From: a virus
Lineage: Duplodnaviria; Caudoviricetes
Virus record (IMG/VR): IMGVR_UViG_3300005805_000289
Coordinates: 1-31,775 of that record
Direction: 5' to 3' (one strand)
DNA: 31,775 bases
The notes below the pieces were generated by a model that saw only the letters and a list, made by a program, of their open reading frames with translations, was not told the origin of the DNA and ran no database searches. Position numbers and translations under genes: made by a program. Below, one piece after another: positions 15,181 to 23,574 of the stretch. Numbering within the stretch: position 1 is the first letter of the stretch; every line of letters starts with the position of its first letter.

Positions 15181-17567
15181 GATCGCCAGCCAGGACCCGA
15201 ACGGCGCTCATAGGAGGAGATGGCTTCGACGATGGTTTGGCCGATAGCGGCTTTGTCGGCGGTAGGTGCGACAGAGACGTTGATGGTGACGTTGCCTCCG
15301 CCTCCACCCATGCCTCCGCCGGCATTTGTGAGGAGTGTTTTGCTGGTGGAGAAGGCGTCCATGATTCGGCCATAGCCGGAGGGGACGAACAGTTCGGGGC
15401 CTTTCTCACCCACCAGGTATGGCATATTGGCGCCGACAGGACCACCATCTGCTCTAGGTTCGATGTAGTCGCTGGAGAATTGGAGGATCTCTGCCAAGCC
15501 GGGGGCGTTTTCATTGGCGCCGATGACTCGGAGGAACTCTCGAAACTTTCGGATTGCTTCTTCAGTTTCAATTCGGATCTTCACAACCGGGTCTTGAGCT
15601 GCCACAACTAACAGGTCGTAGGCGAGTCCTTGGAGATGCTTTCTGACTGGGCTATCTGGTGCGAGTGTGGCAGCGAGTTCGCCAAGTTTTCGAGATTGAA
15701 TGAGTGCAGCTTCTCCGGCTGTGGTGCTTTCACCCTTTGCCAGTTTTTGAGCCACAACCAATTCAGCGAAAGTTTCCGCCTGGTCTTCCAAAGTTTTGAT
15801 GAGTTCAAGTTCTTTTGTCCGGCGCTCATCAACTGTCAAGCCACCACTGGCGAGAGCGTCGTTGTATTCCTTGACAGCTTTGCGGCTGTTGATTTCTGCT
15901 TCCTCATTGCTGATTCTGGTGTCGTTGAGGTCTTTTGTGGCTTTGATGAGTCCTTCGACTTTTTCTTTTGAGTTTTCAATTTCGGCGGCAAGGTTCGCTT
16001 CCTCTGTGGCCTGCTTTTCAGATTTGCCGGCTGCAATGCCTTTTTGAATGTTGAGTTGCCGGATAACTTCCTGCTGCTCGTTGTAGGCGTCGATGCTGTT
16101 GTAGAGAGTTTGGATGAGGCCCATGTCGGCGGCGTCAGTTTCGAGAAGGCGGGCGATGAGTTCGTTTTGAGTGCCGCCAGCGTCGCGAATGACTTGGATA
16201 CGTTCTTTGTACTTGTCGCTCCCTTTAACAACTGCCCCTCGGAGTATGTCTTCGACGTATCCCTGTTTGACTAAGGCGTCTCTGTTGTCGTCAATAACGT
16301 CGGAGAATTGGGCGACTGTGACGCCGGCTTTGTTCAAATTGTCGAGTTGGTTTTTGGATGCCAAGATGGCGCCAAGGGTTGTTTGAGTGTTGGCCGTCAT
16401 TGCCCCATTGAGTTCATCGAAGGTGGGGATGAGGGCGTCAATGTCTTTCTTCACTGCTGCTTGTTCGTCGGCGTAGTTTTTGTAAGCGATGCCACCAACG
16501 ACAGCGGCCGCACCTACAGCCAAGACGGCTGGGCCGAGAAGAGACATTCCACCAGCAGCAGCCGCCGCACCACCAGAAGCGGCAGACGTAGAAATGTTCA
16601 TCGAAGCAATAGCGCCCTGAGTGCTGATTGCTTTCGTTGCCATATCGGCAATGGCAGTCCCAGCGGTTTTCACTGCTGAGGTTGCTAGAGAGAAAGACGC
16701 CACCAGTTTCGGACCGATAAGCGCCATGCCGGTCAAACCGATCAGACCGGTTTGAACTGGACCAGGTAGAGCGGTGAAGGCTTCAGCGACAAGGGTGACA
16801 GTTTTTTGGATTTGGGTGTAGACGGGGAGAAGCGATTTGCCGAGTCTCGCTGAGGCGTCTTCCATGGATGCTGCTGCTCTTTGCTGCTGACCTTGGGCTG
16901 TGTCCGCTTCTTTCGCGAACTGTCCTTGGGCAAACGCTGAGCGTTCCGTGACAAGCGCCAAAGTGGCTTGGCCTTTGGCGTAGGCGCTGACATCTGTTGC
17001 AGAGTCCGCCAAGCCCATGGAGACGGCTTTGGCGCTGATCTCAGAGGCTTTCAGGGCGATACCGAAACGCTCCAAAGGATCGAACTCGCCTCGAAGGGCG
17101 GAACCTAAAGCGGAGACAGCGTCGTTGGTGTTGCCGCCAAGAGTGGCCGCCAAATCGGCGCCAGTCTTCGTAAGGAAGACAGATTGCTTCGCTGCTTCTT
17201 CTGCTGAAAGCCCAGCGCCTTTCAAAGAAGCTCCGAGACGAGAGGTCAATACTCGAGCAGCGTTCTCGGATAGACCGACTAGGTCGGCGGCTCCTTTTGC
17301 GAAGTCGTCGATGGGTCCGGCGGCTTGTTCGAAGACAGCAGCTGTTCCACCAATGGACTGTTCCAAATCTCCGGCGGCTTTGACGAGCTTCTGAGCGCCG
17401 TACAGGACAGCGCCTCCGAAGAGGGCGGTTCGGAGAATGTCGCCTGACTTTTTGGCGTTAGCTCCGAACCCTCCAAGTCTTCCTTCGGCTTTTTGAAGTT
17501 CTCGTTGGAGTTGTGCGGCGTCACCTACAACGGCGACCCTCACTTCACGTTTGTCACCAACAGCCAT
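15177..17567 (-). CDS. Tape measure protein (~796 aa)
   Basis: Longest gene, Ala-rich and helical, after the chaperone; ALRGEFDPLERFGI and C-terminal RADGGPV...YLVGEKGPELFVP motifs. Start re-assigned to ATG 17567. Confidence 0.92.
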   Translation of the reverse strand: MAVGDKREVRVAVVGDAAQLQRELQKAEGRLGGFGANAKKSGDILRTALFGGAVLYGAQKLVKAAGDLEQSIGGTAAVFEQAAGPIDDFAKGAADLVGLSENAARVLTSRLGASLKGAGLSAEEAAKQSVFLTKTGADLAATLGGNTNDAVSALGSALRGEFDPLERFGIALKASEISAKAVSMGLADSATDVSAYAKGQATLALVTERSAFAQGQFAKEADTAQGQQQRAAASMEDASARLGKSLLPVYTQIQKTVTLVAEAFTALPGPVQTGLIGLTGMALIGPKLVASFSLATSAVKTAGTAIADMATKAISTQGAIASMNISTSAASGGAAAAAGGMSLLGPAVLAVGAAAVVGGIAYKNYADEQAAVKKDIDALIPTFDELNGAMTANTQTTLGAILASKNQLDNLNKAGVTVAQFSDVIDDNRDALVKQGYVEDILRGAVVKGSDKYKERIQVIRDAGGTQNELIARLLETDAADMGLIQTLYNSIDAYNEQQEVIRQLNIQKGIAAGKSEKQATEEANLAAEIENSKEKVEGLIKATKDLNDTRISNEEAEINSRKAVKEYNDALASGGLTVDERRTKELELIKTLEDQAETFAELVVAQKLAKGESTTAGEAALIQSRKLGELAATLAPDSPVRKHLQGLAYDLLVVAAQDPVVKIRIETEEAIRKFREFLRVIGANENAPGLAEILQFSSDYIEPRADGGPVGANMPYLVGEKGPELFVPSGYGRIMDAFSTSKTLLTNAGGGMGGGGGNVTINVSVAPTADKAAIGQTIVEAISSYERRSGPGWRS

Positions 17568-17574
17568 CTGGGCC

Positions 17575-18014
17575 TCACTCGTCCCAACGCTTCGCATCCG
17601 GTCCGTATTCGGCGGCTTCTCTGCGTCTTGTTTGAACTTCGAACATTGCGTCGAGGTAGTGGTCGGGTTCCTCTAAAAGTACGGATACTGGTATCCCCGA
17701 GTCAATCGCCAACGCTGCTATAGCGAGGGTGAAGAACTCGGGTCCGTAGGGGTTTCTTCTTCTTCTTCTTCCGAAAGAATGTCGACCCCATCAACGGTTT
17801 CCATCCATTCGTCGAAGTCGGGAAGATCACTGTTGATTCGTTTTTCTGCACACCATCCGAAGAACCATAAATGTTCGGTGTAAATGCCACCATCTGAGAA
17901 CAAGTTTGACACTGGCATTTTGAATTGACGTTCGAACTTGACGGCGTCGACCTTGCGGCCTGGTGCTTCGATGAGCGTTCCGTCTTGGTGTGTGATTCGG
18001 TATTTCGCGAACAT
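17575..18014 (-). CDS. Tail assembly chaperone, long form via predicted -1 frameshift near 17748-17755
   Basis: The -1 frame stays open from GAA ACC CCT to TGA at 17575: PYGPEFFTLAIAALAIDSGIPVSVLLEEPDHYLDAMFEVQTRRREAAEYGPDAKRWDE, filling the gap before the tape measure. Confidence 0.7.
17718..18014 (-). CDS. Tail assembly chaperone, short form
   Basis: 98 aa, acidic C-terminus, directly upstream of the tape measure; AAAGGA RBS. Confidence 0.75.
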   Translation of the reverse strand: MFAKYRITHQDGTLIEAPGRKVDAVKFERQFKMPVSNLFSDGGIYTEHLWFFGWCAEKRINSDLPDFDEWMETVDGVDILSEEEEEETPTDPSSSPSL

Positions 18015-18028
18015 GGCGGGCTGTTCCT

Positions 18029-18460
18029 TTATCGGAGGGCGGATTGGACTGCTTTGTCGACTGCTTTGCCGGCGGCCTCGACGAGTCGGTTTTGTGTCTC
18101 GAAGATGCCTGGGTAGACGTAGCGGCCTTTTTTAATGATAGGCCGGACGATGGTTTGGTTTCGCCCTGGTCCACGGTTTCTCAGAGAGCCACCGAAGTCC
18201 AGCCATCCGAAGTATGGGGCGACGGATGATTTGCCACCAGCCAAGACGTAGAGGGTGTTGCCTCCGGATCTGGCTTTCAAAGTGAACTGGGCGTAGCCGG
18301 AAATCTTTGGGACTCTCCGCATAATGGCGGGGAGGGTGTTGAGGATGATTGCGGATTTGAGGTCTTCGCGTAGGACCGGGACGAGGTCCGGATGAATCTT
18401 TCTCAGATACTTCCGGACCTCGGCCAGGTTGCTGACGTAGACCCCAGCCCCTACAGCCAT
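18029..18460 (-). CDS. HK97 gp10-like tail completion/neck protein
   Basis: Basic 143-aa protein with VPKISG, PYFGWLDFGG and GRYVYPG motifs, located in the tail module. Confidence 0.7.
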   Translation of the reverse strand: MAVGAGVYVSNLAEVRKYLRKIHPDLVPVLREDLKSAIILNTLPAIMRRVPKISGYAQFTLKARSGGNTLYVLAGGKSSVAPYFGWLDFGGSLRNRGPGRNQTIVRPIIKKGRYVYPGIFETQNRLVEAAGKAVDKAVQSALR

Positions 18461-18864
18461 TAGCCGTTCTTGGCGATGGTGCTGCCTGCGCGCCAGCTGC
18501 CCGAAACGGTGATGGGTCCGTCGACAGGCGAGTCGACTGAGAAGTCGAAGAAGCCGGTTCCGTACCAGTAGACGTTCGGGGCGTTGGTGATGTCTGGGTA
18601 CAGGTAGAACTTGCGGGCGTCACCATCAACAGCAGCGGTGTACGACTGTGCGGTGGCGTCGTCGAAGTAGCCGGAGAAGCTGCCCTGAGCGTCGGGAAGC
18701 CCCGAAACGTACACCTTGTTGGTGTCGCCGAATGAGGTGACTTCAGCGGTGTCGACAGCGAACTCCGCTGACCACTGCTTGAGGAAAGCTACGGATGAAG
18801 GAGCCGCTGCTGATGTAGCGATTCCGAGGTAAAGGCGACCGTTACGGCCGTGGCGACGTGCCAT
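18460..18864 (-). CDS. Major tail (tube) protein
   Basis: WSAEFAVDTAEVTSFGDTNKVYVSGLPDAQGSFSGYFD tail-tube pattern; strong AAGGAG RBS. Confidence 0.85.
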   Translation of the reverse strand: MARRHGRNGRLYLGIATSAAAPSSVAFLKQWSAEFAVDTAEVTSFGDTNKVYVSGLPDAQGSFSGYFDDATAQSYTAAVDGDARKFYLYPDITNAPNVYWYGTGFFDFSVDSPVDGPITVSGSWRAGSTIAKNG

Positions 18865-18906
18865 TGGTTTCTCCTTGGGGAGTTGGTGGGGTCTGGGGTT
18901 CTCCGG

Positions 18907-19935
18907 TCACGTCGGGATGCTCGGGAGAGCTGCTACACATTCCAGCAGATGCCGGACATTATTGTCGAAAGTTCGGGTGGCTACTGCGTTTCGGGCCTCG
19001 AGTGCGGCTGTTTGCCGTTCCGTTGGATGGTTCAGCCACCATCGTAGTTTCTCTCCGAACTCTTCGGGTGTTTCAAAGGTCGGCAACATTGAGAGGACAT
19101 GGTCGGATTCGGGGCGTGATTCTCTGAGAAAGAATGTTCCTGTGGCCGCTAGTTCCACTTCGCGTGGACCCATTGCCCAGCCTTGGTCGTGTCCGTCAGC
19201 GCCTTCTTTGCGGTAAAGGTTCGCTGACATATGCACTGAGGAATACAGCTCGACTGTGTGTTCGTTCGGGAAACAGCCGGATTGTTCGTGGATGAGGAAG
19301 TGGTGGAGTGGTGAGTTGTCGTCGAGGGCTTGCCAGTTGCCGGCAAGTTTGACGTCGATTCCGGTCCAGTCGACTTGTTCGAAGAAAGCGATTCGGGAGG
19401 GGAAGGCGGTTCCGACCCATCCGAAGTCGGCTCGGAAGTCGTCGGCTGGTTCATGCCGATAATGGATTTCCGGATCGTATGCCTGGGGGACGTACCAGGT
19501 GTTGGGTTGGCTTTCCCGAAAGGTATCTAGGTTTGTGGGGTCGTTGATGAATGCGGCGTCGGCTCTGGCTGCGATGGGTTGCTGGGAAGGATCCTCATAC
19601 GGAGATTCTGTGAGGATAACTGCTATTCGGATTCCTCGAGATCGGATGATGTCGAAGGTTTGAGGTGGGATCAGGAACGCTGAGGTGATGATGACGAGGT
19701 CGGGCCAGAAGTCGAAGCAGGTGGCGCGTAATTGTTCGCCAACCATGCGGGCGGCGATGTGTCCTTTTTCTGTTTCGGAAACTTTGCCTCGGATTGCGTT
19801 TTCGGTGAAGGTGATTCGGTCGGAGAGGTTGAAGTTTTGGACTTCGTTGCCGGAGCGTTTCAACGCTCGAAGCCATCCGTTGTGGACGTCTGCGACAGAG
19901 AATTCGGGGCCGGGTTCTACTGTGAGGATTCGCAC
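18907..19935 (-). CDS. Glycosyltransferase, GT-B fold (CgeB / Glyco_trans_1_2-like)
   Basis: TESPYE, PQAYDPEIH, DFGWVGT.FPSR, SANLYR...MGPREVELAATGTF...PEEFGEKLRWWLNHP.ER motifs. Confidence 0.85.
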   Translation of the reverse strand: MRILTVEPGPEFSVADVHNGWLRALKRSGNEVQNFNLSDRITFTENAIRGKVSETEKGHIAARMVGEQLRATCFDFWPDLVIITSAFLIPPQTFDIIRSRGIRIAVILTESPYEDPSQQPIAARADAAFINDPTNLDTFRESQPNTWYVPQAYDPEIHYRHEPADDFRADFGWVGTAFPSRIAFFEQVDWTGIDVKLAGNWQALDDNSPLHHFLIHEQSGCFPNEHTVELYSSVHMSANLYRKEGADGHDQGWAMGPREVELAATGTFFLRESRPESDHVLSMLPTFETPEEFGEKLRWWLNHPTERQTAALEARNAVATRTFDNNVRHLLECVAALPSIPT

Positions 19936-20331
19936 TTAGCCGAGAACCTCGAGGTTCACTTCGACGCCCAGGTATTCGATGCCGCCGATGGTGAAGGTTC
20001 CGGGGTTGTTCCATGAGGTGACTCGGCAGGAGTCACAGGAACCGTCGAGGGTGGGGTTGGCGTCGATGACATGGTAGATGGAGTCGTTGCCTTGTCCCAA
20101 GAATTCGTCGAGGCGTTCCTGTCCTTTTTGGTCGTCGGCTCGGGTGAGCATGACGAGGACGCCATAGGTGACGATCATTCCGTTGTCGAGGTCGGCGTCG
20201 TATTGGCCGGTCCCGAGTGAGACGACAGCTGCTGGGGGTTGAATGGTTGAGGGGATCCATTCGTAGATTCGGAGGTTGTTGACGTTTTGGAGGGAGTCGC
20301 CGATGCCGGCTCTTACAGAGGCGAGGTTCAT
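19936..20331 (-). CDS. Tail terminator / completion protein
   Basis: ATG 20331 (ATGA overlap): MNLASVRAGI...IQPPAAVV...GQERLDEFL...DANPTLDG; position after the adaptor. Confidence 0.7.
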   Translation of the reverse strand: MNLASVRAGIGDSLQNVNNLRIYEWIPSTIQPPAAVVSLGTGQYDADLDNGMIVTYGVLVMLTRADDQKGQERLDEFLGQGNDSIYHVIDANPTLDGSCDSCRVTSWNNPGTFTIGGIEYLGVEVNLEVLG

Positions 20332-20963
20332 GCGATGACCAGTCCTTGGCCGCCTGCACGTCGGTAGGGGGAGATCATCATTTGGACGTCGGGGTCGAGT
20401 CGGGTTGAGATGCGGATTGCGCCGAAGGCTTCGCCTGCTGCGAATCCTTCTGGGGTTTGCGCGCGTCGGTAAATGCGGGCGGCTTGGATGAGGCAGGCTT
20501 GGGCGATTGAGTCTGGGACAGCAGCCCATCCCCATTTGGCGGTCACTTGGATTCGGGGGCGCCGGCCGGTGACGGGGAACAGTTTGGGGATGGTGGCGAG
20601 GATGCTGTTGTAGGGCTGGTTGGAGACGCCACCGATTTCGGCGTTGAGGGGTTCCAAGATGTATTCGGTGTCTGCCCAGGTTTGGTCGTAGGTTCCGTTG
20701 TCGCCTGTGTCGACTTTGATGAGGAGGCCGGTGGTGGTTGAAAAGTCGTCGACGACACATCGGATCGGCGTGTCGGCGTAGTAGACGCGAGGTGAGACTG
20801 TGGCGTCGAGGTAGAAGCGCCGGTTGGTGAAGGCGTCGATGGTTCGGGATGACACTTCAATAGCAGCTTCCATTTGGGCGTCTTCGGCGCTGCCGTAGTT
20901 CGCCGAGGGGAACAGGTACGCCTTGAAGTCGTTGAGGGTGGTGTAGCCGTTAGTGATTGCCAT
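20328..20963 (-). CDS. Head-to-tail adaptor
   Basis: NGYTTLNDFKAYL...SRTIDAFTNRRF...VTAKWGWAAVPDSIAQACLIQAARIYRR...LDPDV pattern. Confidence 0.85.
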   Translation of the reverse strand: MAITNGYTTLNDFKAYLFPSANYGSAEDAQMEAAIEVSSRTIDAFTNRRFYLDATVSPRVYYADTPIRCVVDDFSTTTGLLIKVDTGDNGTYDQTWADTEYILEPLNAEIGGVSNQPYNSILATIPKLFPVTGRRPRIQVTAKWGWAAVPDSIAQACLIQAARIYRRAQTPEGFAAGEAFGAIRISTRLDPDVQMMISPYRRAGGQGLVIA

Positions 20964-21636
20964 GGAGGCTCCATTTGGTTCGAAGGCGGGTGACGTTTTC
21001 GGTCAGACCTGTCCAGCGTTCTGGACCTGACTGTGACTCCAAATGGGTCACTGTTGCCTTTGGATCGTAGACGTTTCGTAGTCCTTTTGCGATAGATGCC
21101 AGGCAGAGGTCGACGTCTTCGTATCCGTTCCAGTAGCCGGTGTCGAATCCTCCGAGCTGCCAGAACACTTCTGAGCGGATGGCAAGACAGGCTCCGGTGA
21201 TGGCGTCGACGTCGATGGGATCTTGCGACCAGTCCACGGTGAGGTTCCACGCTTCGAGTCCTGGGGGCCGGGTGAAGTCGACTGCCACTCCGGCTGATTG
21301 GATCCGACAGTCGGGGTAGATGAGTTTGGGGCCGACGATTCCGATGTCAGGTTCCTCGAGGTGTCGGGTCATGGATGTCCAGTTGGGGTGGACGATGGTG
21401 TCGTTGTTGAGGAAGATGAGATGGTCGGCGGTGGCGTGGCGTGCGCCGATGTTGCAGGCGGTGGCGAAGCCTGTGTTTATTTTCAGTGAGTGGGTGGCGA
21501 GGCGTTCTGTGCCGTCGGTGGATCCGTTGTCGACCACGATGACTTCGTCGACGGGGTCGTGTCTGGCAATGGAGGCGAGACAGTTTTGGGTGAGTTCGAG
21601 GCGGTTGTAGGTGGGGATGATGACGGCGATGGTCAT
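20950..21636 (-). CDS. Glycosyltransferase family 2 (WbbL-like)
   Basis: VIIPTYN, VVDNGSTDGT, NTGFATACNIG, FLNNDT, VGPKL, TGACL, GGFD.GYWNGYEDVDLC. Confidence 0.92.
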   Translation of the reverse strand: MTIAVIIPTYNRLELTQNCLASIARHDPVDEVIVVDNGSTDGTERLATHSLKINTGFATACNIGARHATADHLIFLNNDTIVHPNWTSMTRHLEEPDIGIVGPKLIYPDCRIQSAGVAVDFTRPPGLEAWNLTVDWSQDPIDVDAITGACLAIRSEVFWQLGGFDTGYWNGYEDVDLCLASIAKGLRNVYDPKATVTHLESQSGPERWTGLTENVTRLRTKWSLHGNH

Positions 21637-22376
21637 GGGGCCGGGTCTTCTATGAGGCCGGTTTCTTCACAAAGTTTCCGCCAGGTTGCCCATAGCATTC
21701 GGTCGTCGAGTTGGCCGAGTTGCCGCCAGTGCGATCCGTAGGTGGCGTGGAGGTTGGTGGCGTTGAAGGCTGCTGCTCCGTTGCGGGCTTTGGTGACGAG
21801 TTGTTCGAAGGACCGGTACTGGTAGTGGCGGTAGTTGAGGGCTTGGGCAGTGGTGCCGGGATGGTTGAAGATGAAGTGGTTTCCAAAGTCAATCCAAATG
21901 TCGGGGTGATAGCGGAACGCTACTTTGCCCATTTTTTGGGGGGCCTGTCGGCGATAGGTGATTCGTTTGAAGGGTGAGGTTTCGGTGGGGTCGTCGTCGT
22001 CGGTGGCGATGTGGTCCCAGCCGGTGGCGGTGATGACGTCGGCTTCGGTTTGGTTGAAGAACTCTTTGAGGGTTCCTTCGGTCCAGTAGAAGTATTCGTC
22101 GGCGTCGAAGGGCAGGATCCAGTCGGCTCCGAAGTCGTTGGCTGCCATATGGGCTAGGGCAGTCATTTTCTGGTCTTGGTAGTAGCCGACTTCGGGGTCT
22201 TCGATGACTGTGACTTTTCCGGTTCGTGTCAGGTTTTGGAGGATGAAGCCGGTGTTGTCGATGCTCATGTTGTCGGCGACGATGATGTGGTCGACGCCTT
22301 GGTCGAGGAGATGTTGGATTGTCCAGTCGATGACGTCTTCTTCGTCTCGGACCATGGTGATTCCTACGAGTTTCAT
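21633..22376 (-). CDS. Glycosyltransferase family 2 (Glyco_tranf_2_4-like)
   Basis: ATG 22376 (ATGA overlap): MKLVGITMVRDEEDVI...ADNMSIDNT...DWILPFDADEY...KVAF..GNH...HYQYRSFEQ. Confidence 0.88.
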   Translation of the reverse strand: MKLVGITMVRDEEDVIDWTIQHLLDQGVDHIIVADNMSIDNTGFILQNLTRTGKVTVIEDPEVGYYQDQKMTALAHMAANDFGADWILPFDADEYFYWTEGTLKEFFNQTEADVITATGWDHIATDDDDPTETSPFKRITYRRQAPQKMGKVAFRYHPDIWIDFGNHFIFNHPGTTAQALNYRHYQYRSFEQLVTKARNGAAAFNATNLHATYGSHWRQLGQLDDRMLWATWRKLCEETGLIEDPAP

Positions 22377-22951
22377 TTGATCCGCCTGGCTGGTGTTCCG
22401 ACCCATGTGGAGTTTGGTGGAAGTTCTTGTCTGGGGAGGACGACTGTTCCGGCGCCGATGGTTACTCGAGGGCCGAGGTTTGCAAGGTTGGAGATGACAG
22501 CGCCGGCTCCGATTTGGCTGCCTGCTCCGATGGTGACGTCTCCACAGATTGTGGCTCCTGGTCCGATGGTGACAAAGTCGCCGATTTGCGCGCGTGTGAT
22601 GAAGACGTTTCCGTTGACGTGGCTGTGTCGCCCTAGACGGGTTTTGGGGCCGATGGTGGTGTGTGCGCCTATCACAACACCCGGGAGGGCTTGTAGGGTC
22701 AAATGAACGGCTGCTGAGGCGTGGATGGCTATGGCCGCTCCTTCTGCCCTGTCCATTTGTTCTCGGATTCGGCTGTCGTTGTGGCCGATGAGGTAGTTGT
22801 CGTAGAACTCGAGGTCGAGGCAGGGGCCGAGGATGTCGGGGCCGTCGATGTTGTCGTCGAGGTAACCGGCGAACGGTTGACCCGAGTTTTTGACGATGGC
22901 AGCGATGTCTTGCCCATGACCGCCAGCACAAAGGACGACTATCGGTTTCAC
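22373..22951 (-). CDS. Sugar acetyltransferase, NeuD/PglD family (left-handed beta-helix)
   Basis: N-terminal CAGGHG, GYLDD, hexapeptide repeats (IGDFVTIGPGATICGDVTIGAGSQIGAGAVI), C-terminal WVGTPAR. Confidence 0.9.
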   Translation of the reverse strand: MKPIVVLCAGGHGQDIAAIVKNSGQPFAGYLDDNIDGPDILGPCLDLEFYDNYLIGHNDSRIREQMDRAEGAAIAIHASAAVHLTLQALPGVVIGAHTTIGPKTRLGRHSHVNGNVFITRAQIGDFVTIGPGATICGDVTIGAGSQIGAGAVISNLANLGPRVTIGAGTVVLPRQELPPNSTWVGTPARRIK

Positions 22952-23574
22952 AACTGGTAGTTCCGTGAGCGTCGAATGCCGATGTGGATGGTTCGGGGTT
23001 CGTCACCTAGTTCGCCGAGATATCCGAAGGACCAGCCGTCGGCGACAAGGTCGGCGGTCAGTTCAGCCTCTAACCCTGCCCGGTAGTTTCGTGCGACAGC
23101 GATGGGATAGAGACAGGGGTTGAAGGTGAAGAGGTGGGACTGTTGGACGAATCCGTATTTTTGTTTGAAGCGTTCGGGTTCGATCCAGTAAATGCCGCCG
23201 GCCTGCTGCTCCTGAGGCGACCACGGCTGGCGAAGCAAAGCGATCTGGGCGAGGTCTGTTTCGTATTCCAGCAGCTCCATCATCAGCTCGACGTCGACAT
23301 GGTCGGGGAAGATGAAGTCGTCTTCCAAATGGAACACATAGTCGATGTCAGCGTCGAGGGCGTCCCAGCCGGACTGGATAGCACCGGCCAAACCTCGCCT
23401 CGGCTGGTTCTTCACAAATTCGAAGCCATCCGGACAGAAGCCAAGTTCCTCCCCTGAATCGTCCACAAGGATTCTCTGAGAGAACGGATAGTCCAAACAT
23501 TGGGCGGCGGACTCGAGGGTGCGTTGCAGATAATCCCAGCGGCCGTCAGTAATGACCATCAAAGCCACCTTCAT
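22948..23574 (-). CDS. GT-A fold glycosyltransferase (GT2-like)
   Basis: ATG 23574 (ATGA overlap): MKVALMVITDGRWDYLQRTLES...ILVDDSG...YVFHLEDDF...FTFNPCLY...HIG. Confidence 0.8.
   Translation of the reverse strand: MKVALMVITDGRWDYLQRTLESAAQCLDYPFSQRILVDDSGEELGFCPDGFEFVKNQPRRGLAGAIQSGWDALDADIDYVFHLEDDFIFPDHVDVELMMELLEYETDLAQIALLRQPWSPQEQQAGGIYWIEPERFKQKYGFVQQSHLFTFNPCLYPIAVARNYRAGLEAELTADLVADGWSFGYLGELGDEPRTIHIGIRRSRNYQL

Noticed and set aside
17754-17771. TTC/GAA microsatellite
   Set aside because: It simply encodes the EEEEE tail of the chaperone.
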